This document shows positions 55,642 through 64,000 of a DNA stretch of 64,000 nt, piece by piece (the stretch's first letter is position 1; the number at the start of each line of letters is the position of its first letter). A program made the translations under genes and the position numbers. Under the pieces are notes generated by a model that was given only the letters and a program-made list of their open reading frames with translations, was not told the DNA's origin and ran no database searches. This DNA is from Dictyostelium discoideum (lineage: Eukaryota), in NCBI GenBank assembly GCA_000004695.1, contig CM000154.2:4384001-4448000 (forward strand), written 5' to 3'.

Positions 55642-58600
55642 TTATTATGAGCAGATAAAATAATTTCAATTGATTGATTGATTTTATTATTTTGTAATTG
55701 TTGAATTGTGATAATATTATGACCTAATTGATTATCGATAAAATTCTTTAATTGTACAATCACTAAACTATCCATACCATATTGTGTGAGTTGAAGGTCT
55801 TCATTGATTTTAGATTCATCAATTGATAATAATTCACAAATCTTATTTAAAATTGTCGAACGAATAATTTCATTATTATTATCACCATCATTACTACCAG
55901 TGAAAGATTTGATTTGATTTGATTTTTTAACAATATTAATTTCAAAATCAAATTTTGAATGGTATTGATTTGTTAAAGTTGATGGTAAAATTTCAAAATT
56001 GAAATCTGATAAACAATAGTTTGGATATTGATGTTGATTTTGAATGAATAAATCTAATGAACTAATAACGAGTTGAGGTGAGAATAGTTTTAAAATTGAA
56101 CTCTTGAACATTGTTTCAATTGCATTATTACGTGATACGAAACCAGTTGATGATATCGCACCTAAATTAATGGCTAAAGATGGTAATCCAATTGAATGTC
56201 TATACTTTGATAATGAATCGATAACACTACATGCACTAACATAACAACATTGTTGATCTGATCCCAATATTGAGACTACTGATGATGCCATTATAAATTG
56301 TTTGATATTCCATGAACGATTAATCGATTGATTGTGAAGATTGATTGCTCCAATTGTTTTAGCACCATGTGTATTATTTAAACGATTCATATCGACTTGT
56401 TGGACATCACCAATATCATTCATAAATGCAAAATGAATGATTGAATCAATATTTGTAATATTTTCATTTAATTCTAATTGATTTAATACTTGATTAACTT
56501 TATTTGAATCTTCAATATCGATTTGATTGAAATGGAATTTAATATTATTATCTTTTTTAAATTTGCTTTGATTGATTAATAATTCTAATTCCCATTTTAA
56601 TTTTGATTTTGAAAGTATTATTATATTTTCAATTGAATCATTTGAATATTTAACCAAATATTTTAATATTTCTAAAACAATACCAGTTTGACCAGTGAGT
56701 AAAATATTCTTACCAATATTTAATTTTGAAATATCATACGAATGTTTCAATATGATTTGATTGTTATTACTTTGATAATTATTATAAACTCTATTAAATT
56801 CATCTTGATTGTGATTAACAATGATTTTACCAATATGTTTTCTTTGATTTATATATTCAATTGCATCTTTAAATTGATTATTTGAATATTCAATGATTGG
56901 TACACTTAACTCTAATTTATTTGAATTAATCATTTTGATAATTTTCTTTAAATAGCTTTTGATTAATTTACTTGTGAAATCTTCTACATACACATTACCA
57001 TAGTTCATATTAAATTTGTAATGATTGTTTGTCATATAATCATTTGATGTGAGATGAATGATACTTAAATCAACGATACGTCCTGATAAATTTAAACATT
57101 GGAAATTTGAATCCATATACTCTGATGATAATGTATTTAATATTAAATCTACACCTTGTTGATGTTGTTCAACTACACCTAATTCTATTAATTTATTCTT
57201 AATTTCATAAACATAATCTTTATTACGAGATGAATAGATAGCAGTAATTAATGATCCATATTTATTTATTAAATATTCTTCTTTATCTTTTGAACCAACT
57301 GTTAAAAATATATAACCTTGATGTTGTTTACTTTTTAATAAATCTAAAGATGATATACCGACACCACCTGCTGCTGAATGAATTAAAATTGATTCATTTG
57401 ATTTTAAACTACCAATACCATAGAGACTATGTAATGATGTAATATAAACAGATGGTATTAAGGCTGAAACTGAATGACTATAATTTAATGGTTTATAATA
57501 AATGTAATCATAATCTACAATAATATGAGAACTACTTGTTTTTGAGCCGACACCACAAACTTGATCACCAACTTTAAATTTCTTTACATTACTACCTAAT
57601 CTTGTGATTATACCGCTAAAGTCTTTACCAATTTTTGGATTATTAAAACCAATACAATTTTCAATTTCTTTACCATATTTAATATCTAAATTCGTACCAA
57701 TCATACCGATATACATTAAATAATCTTTATAATTCATACCAGTTGCTTTAATTTCTATCTCTACTTCATTTGAATTTAATTTATCTTTTTTACTATATAA
57801 TTGATATTCTAAATTTGAATTTAATTGAATACATAAATTATCTTTATTGTTTTCAAATGATTTAGATTGAAGTTTTGATTTAATATTATTTGATCTTCTA
57901 CAATATCTTTCATAGTATACTCTATTATTGTTAATCGTAAATTCTTTTTGAATATTATTATTTGGATTGATTAAATAATTGATTAATGATAATTGTTGAT
58001 TATTTTCAATTGAAACATTATCATAATTTAAAGTTAATAAATCTAATTGTGGGAATTCAACGAAATAACGAGCAGCACCAACAATTGATGATGATAAATA
58101 ATTATCAGTGCTTGAATTTAATGATAATAATAAATGTTTGAAATTATTTGATAATTCTAATTTTAATATTAATTGATTAATTTGAATGTATTCAAATGTG
58201 ATCTCTTTGAAATTTGAAGTATTCATTATTGATTCAATTGATTTTAAAAATATTATTAATGTTTTATTACAATCATCTTTAGTTTGATTATTTGTGATCC
58301 ATGATTGAAATTCATTAAAATTATTAATATTAATGATTTTATGTTTTAATTCTTGATTTAATGTTATTGAATCAAGAATACTACTGCAACTATTTCTATT
58401 ATTATCACTATTATTATTATTATTATTATTATTGTTATTACTAAATAAAATAATATTATTGAAAGAATTTAATTGATCTAATGATATTGATTGTTCTGAA
58501 ATGATTTCATTAATTGTTGGTTTTCTAGTTTGAATTAAAAATAGTAAATTATCATTACCAGACATTATTGTATCTCTATAATTACATTGATTTAAAAGGT

Positions 58601-61600
58601 TGATCCATTTCTCTTGTTTCATACAACATCTATCAGGTCTTAATTCGATATCACTATCAGAGGATGGCCACCATTGTGAAAAACAACCGAAAACAGAATC
58701 ATAAATAAATGATTTGTGTGGTGGTTCTATTAATAAAAGTTGACCATTTGGTGTTAATATATTATGAATTTCATTTAATGTTGGTTTGAGTTTCTTAACG
58801 ACATGCATAACATTTGACATTACAACGAAATCATAATAGGATGCTTTAAGATCTTGATCTAATAATGGTTTTTCTAAATCTAATACACGATAGATAATAT
58901 TTAAATTGTTGCGATTTGTAAATGATGAGAACTTTTCTTTAATTTCAGCGAAAAATGATGCAGATATATCACTCCATGTAAATTCTATATTAATGATTGA
59001 TGTTGTACTATTATTATTTAATAATTTACAAATCTTTTCTAAAATTAATAAACTAAGACTACCAGTACCGCCACCTGCTTCTAATATACGAAATACAATT
59101 GGTTCATTTAAAATTGGTTTTAGAGTTTCGACTATAATTTCACTTAATAAACTATTCAATGGTTGAACTACTCTTGAATTCTTATAAAAGTCATCAAGAT
59201 AACCACTTTCAAATAATGATTGTGGTGTATCTGTAATGGAATCATCATCTTTTAATGGGAATAGCTGTTTTGCCATTATTTTAGTTGTTCTAATAAATAA
59301 CTCTTCATTTTTTGATTTAATATTACTGTGATCATTGTCAAGGTTAACAATATTACTGTATTTCTTTAAATTTTCAAAAATGAATTTGAAAAGATTTTCA
59401 TTTGCAGAACTATTATAATATAATTGTTTAAATTGATTATATTCTAATGTTGTTAATGATTCTAAATTGATACTTGGACATCTATTATTAATATGTTTAT
59501 AAAATAATGACAATAATGATTCATTTGAAAGAAATTGATTATCTTCTTCTTTGACACTAAATTCATCTACTCTATATAAATGTTTGAATTGTTCAGGTTT
59601 ATTAATTACTGAATCTTTTGATTGAAGATATGGTGTATAGATATTATTTGATGGTGGTTCACATATTATTGTGCTATCAGGATTGGAGTCAAGTGAAACT
59701 AAAGCGCAAACCACATTTGAGATATCAACTAATAATGTACCATTTGGAAGTATGATTTTAACTGATATTGAATATGTTTGAGAATTGGTTCTTGGTTTAA
59801 TATCTGAAAAAACATATAATTCTTTAATATCATCATCATTATCATCATTATTGTTGTTATTTTTATTTAATGATGGAATGTTTGAAGAGTAATATTTGAA
59901 ACCTTCAATTTTATCAAGTACTACTGGTTGTGTGACTGCAACTAATGACCCATGTAAACAAGTATCTAAAATTGCTGTATTTAAAAATGTATTCATATTG
60001 CTATTGTTTATTAAATGATTATATTCTTTTTGATTGTAAATTTCATTTAATGATACTATTGCTAATGAACAATTATTACCGATATGACATTGTTTTACAC
60101 CTTGAAATAAACCTTTGTATGTTAAATTTGTTTTAATTCTAATAGTTTCATAAAAATCTTGTTTTGATATGCTTGTAAAATTACATTTATCTTTTAATGA
60201 TTGAATATTAATTAATTTGTTACTGATGATACTGTTGTGTTTGGTTAAACTAAAATTACCAAGAGATGTTAATATCCATTGATTTGTTTTTTGATCTTTG
60301 TAATAACTTTTGATATTGAATTCATTCTTTGATAGTGGTGCAATTGTAGTTTGTAAACATTGTCTATTACCTTCTGTTAATACTAATGGTGATTTAAATT
60401 CTAATGAGCTAATTGTAATATCTTGATTTGGATAAATTGATAATAAATTGTGAACATATCCCATTCCTGGATAATAGAATTTATCACTAACTTGATGACC
60501 TTTTAACCATTGGAATGGTGATTTCTTGATATCGATAAATGTTTGATATGATGGGTTAGGTGAATCTGTATTATTGCCAAGACCATGAATGGATGGACCT
60601 TCACTTTTAATCTTTTCAAGTAATGAGTTTAGTTTAAAGTATTCTTTATCATCCCATTGGTAAAGTGGTAAATTATTTAATTGGTTTGAATAGTTATTAT
60701 TGTTGTTGTTGATTAATTGTGATTTGAAATTAATATCAAAATTATTTTTGACATATAATAAAGAGATTGTCTTTAAGAATTCATTATAATCATTCTTCTT
60801 TTTATTTAATGGTGAATAGATTGTAATGTTTTTACCATTATTAAAGTAACTTGATTGAGTTGATTTCATTTGATTTAAGTAATATTGTAATGTTGGATGT
60901 GGTGAAACTTCAATGAATGTAATTTCATTACCCATATCATTTGATTCGATATGTTTGTAAAGATTTGTAATTGTTTGTGTGAAATATACTGGTTGAATAA
61001 TATTATCAAATACATAATTTGCATTGAATGGCGAGCTTTGATGATTGAATAAATTGGTTGTAACTGTTGAAAATACTGCTATCGATGGTTGTTTTGATGA
61101 AATATTTAATGAACATACTTCATCTTTAATCATTTGTTGACTTGATGTATGAAATGATGATAATGATCCTAACATTGAACAAAAGATATCATTTGATTTG
61201 AATTCTTTGGTAATTTCATTTAATAAGTCTTCTTTACCTGCGATAACGATTGATGTCGGTGAATTGTAACATGCAATTTCTAATGATTTATATTTAGTTG
61301 TAGATTGATATTTATTAATGAATTCATCTGAACTAATATTAACTGATAACATTCTACCTGTACCTGTGGTTCTATTTTGAGCTACTGATCTATGGTAAGT
61401 CAAGTAACATAATGTTTGAAAATCAATCATACCTGAACAATATGGCGATGATACTTCACCAAGAGAATGACCAATGATAATATCTGCTGAAACACCCCAA
61501 TGTTTATATAATTCATAGAGTGATACTTGAATCATTACATTTGCAGGTTGTGCTAAAATTGGTTGATGAATTGATATTAAATCTTTATCATCAATTGATC

Positions 61601-64000
61601 TTAATTTATCTAAAACTGAATAACCATAATATTTGAATAACTCTTTATCGAATCTATTGACAGATTCTCTAAATATTGGTTCATTATCATATAATGATAA
61701 TGCCATTTTATTATATTGTGAACCTTGACCACATAATACCATTACTGTGATTGGTGATTTCTTTTTTTCAACTGTAATATTTGAAATTAAATTATCACTA
61801 TTATTTAATTTAATTTGATTATTTTCATCTTGAAATTCATTCCAATCACTTGCGATTATAACTGATTTTTGAATTAATGATGTTGATTTGAATTTAATTT
61901 GATTATATACAAATTCTTTGAAACTTGTTGTTGTTGTTGTGGTTGATGAATTTGAATGTTTAATTATTGATGATTTATAATTATTTAATGATGTTGATGA
62001 ATTACTTGAGAGTGGTATTAAATATTTCTTTTTTTCTTCACTTAATTTATTATCAATTTCCATTTTGTGATAATCATTATGATTATTTTCAAATTCAGAT
62101 AATATTAAACAAACATTTGAACCTAAATTAAAATTGATTTTAAATTGTTAATATAAATTATTTGGAAAAAAATTATAAGATGATGTAAATATTTACCAGT
62201 TATACCGAAATTATTAATTAACATGACAGTTGGTTTATTTTCATTAAATTTAATTGGTTCAGTGACAACTTTTAATCCCCATTCTTTAAAATTAATTAAT
62301 GGATTTGGTTCTTTGAAATTAATATTTTGAAGAAATAGTTTATTTTTAAACATTAAACAACATTTAATTAATGATGCAACTCCTGAACATGCTGTTATTA
62401 TTTTTTATTATTTATTATTATTATTATAAATAATATTTAGTGTTAGTAATTAATGATTGACTATGGTTATTTATACAACTAAATTTAATTAACTTACCTT
62501 CAGTATGACCAATATTTGATTTAATTGATCCAACTAAAACTTGTTTATTATTATTATTTGTTGTTGTTGATGCTATATTATTGAAAACTCTTGATATACC
62601 TTCTAATTCTATTGGATCACCAGTTGGAGTACCAGTACCATGAGTTTCACAATAATCAATATCAGATTCATTGATTTGACCATTGGTTGATTTGATTGCT
62701 AATTTGATATTTTCACACTGAGATGATTTCGATGGTGAATAAAAGTTTAATTTATCAAAGTTACCATCGATATTTGAACTTGATCCTTTGATTACACAAT
62801 AGATGTTATTTGAATCTTTGATTGCATCTTTTAATTTCTTTAATACAACGATACCAACACCTTCTGAACGAACATAACCATCAGCATCCGATGAAAATGT
62901 ATGACATCTACCTGTTGGACTTAAAAGACCTAATTGAGTAAATGATTTTGAAAGGTGTGGGTCTATAAATAAATAAAAATTATTTGATAATTAATATATA
63001 ATCTTTTTCTTTTTTTAATTTTTAATTTGTCACATACCTAATAAAAAATTAACACCACCAACAATTGAAACATTTGATTTATTTGATTTAATTGAATTAT
63101 ATCCACAATTAATTGCATTTGATGAACTTGAACAAGCTGTATCAATTGTTAAATTTTCGCCTCTATTTTTTAAAAAAAATAATCATGATAATAACAGTTA
63201 GTATTATAATTAAGTTTTTAGTGTGTGCCAAAAAAGATAAATCAAAAACATACCTAAAATCAAAGCAATAACCTATTCTATTTGCAACGGAATGAGTTGT
63301 GGAACCAAAAATATTATTTTGAGTTTCAAATGGTGATCTTTGAAGAATAGAATAATCAATAGTACTACTACCAATAAATGTACTTGTATTGGTACCACGT
63401 AAACTAATTGGATCAATACCACTATCTTCTAATGCTTCCCATACACCTGTTTGTTGGTTTTATTTTAAAAAACATTATTAATAAATAAAAATAATTAATA
63501 ATTAAAAAAAAAAAAAAAAATGAAAAAATAAAAAAAAAAGTAGAAAAAAAAAAATTTAAAAAAATTTTTGGATTATTTATTTTTTTTTTTTTTTTGGCGC
63601 CATTGAATGAATATTTCCAAAACACTTAACAAATACATACATTTTAATAATAATCTTTGTTGTGGATCTATTGAACTGACATTATCATTGCTTGGATTAA
63701 TTGCAAAGAAGATTGGATCAAATTGTTTCCATTCATCAAGTGGAAGTAAACCAGCAAACTTTGAAACGATTTCACCATTTAAATAATAATTATCAGACCA
63801 TCTTTCAGAAGTTGTAACGATTCCATCTAATCCATTCAATAATTCATTAAATAATTGATTTGGTTTTGAAATTGATTCTTTTAAATTACCACTTGGAAAT
63901 CTTAAACCAATACCAATCACTGCAATATCACCACTATCAACATCATCATTATCATCATAATCATTTCTATCCCTTATTAATTTACTATTTCTAGTATTAT
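54040..64000 (-). CDS. Highly reducing iterative type I polyketide synthase (KS-AT-DH-cMT-ER-KR-ACP-R). Seven exons lie in the window: 64000..63641 (partial, N-terminus beyond the window), 63446..63254, 63162..63038, 62962..62498, 62391..62197, 62122..54680 and 54563..54040.
   Basis: KS domain (supported by motifs): [15 protein letters not shown]...DPQQRLLLK | [13 protein letters not shown]... | [22 protein letters not shown] (active-site Cys) | ...[20 protein letters not shown]...[11 protein letters not shown] | [16 protein letters not shown]...NNFGITG | [10 protein letters not shown]. Donors are GTATGT at 63640, GTATGT at 63253, GTATGT at 63037, GTAAGT at 62497 and GTAAAT at 62196; all acceptors and phases are consistent. 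AT domain (supported by motifs): GQGSQ and GHSLGE. DH (inferred from the region between AT and cMT): [10 protein letters not shown].. region. cMT (supported by motifs): [16 protein letters not shown]-binding. ER (supported by motifs): [15 protein letters not shown] (supported by motifs): [15 protein letters not shown] (supported by motifs): [14 protein letters not shown]. Terminal NAD(P)-binding reductase (supported by motifs): [15 protein letters not shown]. The last intron has donor G|GTATGT at 54679 and acceptor tacAG at 54565-54564, with stop at 54040. The ORF-track MEIDNKL start at 62063 is internal. Confidence 0.85.

Noticed and set aside
62063-62063. MEIDNKL… as the start codon of the polyketide synthase (ORF track 54672..62063).
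   Set aside because: It is an internal Met. The frame continues upstream through an AG acceptor at 62124 into KS-domain exons, reaching the window end.

Overview
The window reads as Dictyostelium-type (social amoeba) nuclear DNA: very AT-rich, long poly-A/T tracts, AAT/ATT microsatellites, and poly-Asn/Gln/Ser coding runs. Introns are short (about 75-215 bp, one of 318 bp) with GTAAGT/GTATGT donors and T-rich ...AG acceptors. Prokaryotic feature classes such as CRISPR, RBS or operons do not apply. I found 17 protein-coding genes, most spliced. Exon junctions were worked out by hand from frame, phase and conserved-motif continuity. The supplied ORF track calls TTG/CTG/GTG as M, so many of its starts are not real ATGs.

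Genes from left to right:
- A TKL-like protein kinase (partial).
- A long-form tRNase Z (ELAC2-type).
- A B-box plus FNIP-repeat protein.
- A secreted protein built from repeated EGF plus IPT/TIG-like modules.
- A UBE2O-like E2/E3 hybrid ubiquitin-conjugating enzyme.
- An Mpv17/PMP22 membrane protein.
- An Asn-rich C2H2 zinc-finger protein.
- A large type-I membrane glycoprotein with IPT/TIG-like plus EGF-like domains (Tgr-like architecture).
- An F-box/LRR protein.
- A Nudix hydrolase.
- A divergent aquaporin (NPS/NMA motifs, His/Gln/Asn-rich N-terminal extension).
- eIF2B gamma.
- An alpha-kinase/WD40 myosin-heavy-chain-kinase-type gene.
- A cytochrome b5-like protein.
- Two hypothetical proteins.
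- A large highly-reducing type I polyketide synthase (KS-AT-DH-cMT-ER-KR-ACP-R) that runs off the window end.

Other notable content:
- A roughly 6.5 kb AT-rich gene-poor stretch (28.8-35.3 kb) holds two 100-N gaps, low-quality homopolymer sequence, and two copies of a dispersed non-coding repeat of about 150-170 bp.
- A GC hairpin, a G15 tract, G-rich patches, a 20-bp perfect palindrome, and a Harbinger/PIF-like DDE remnant stand out from the AT-rich background.
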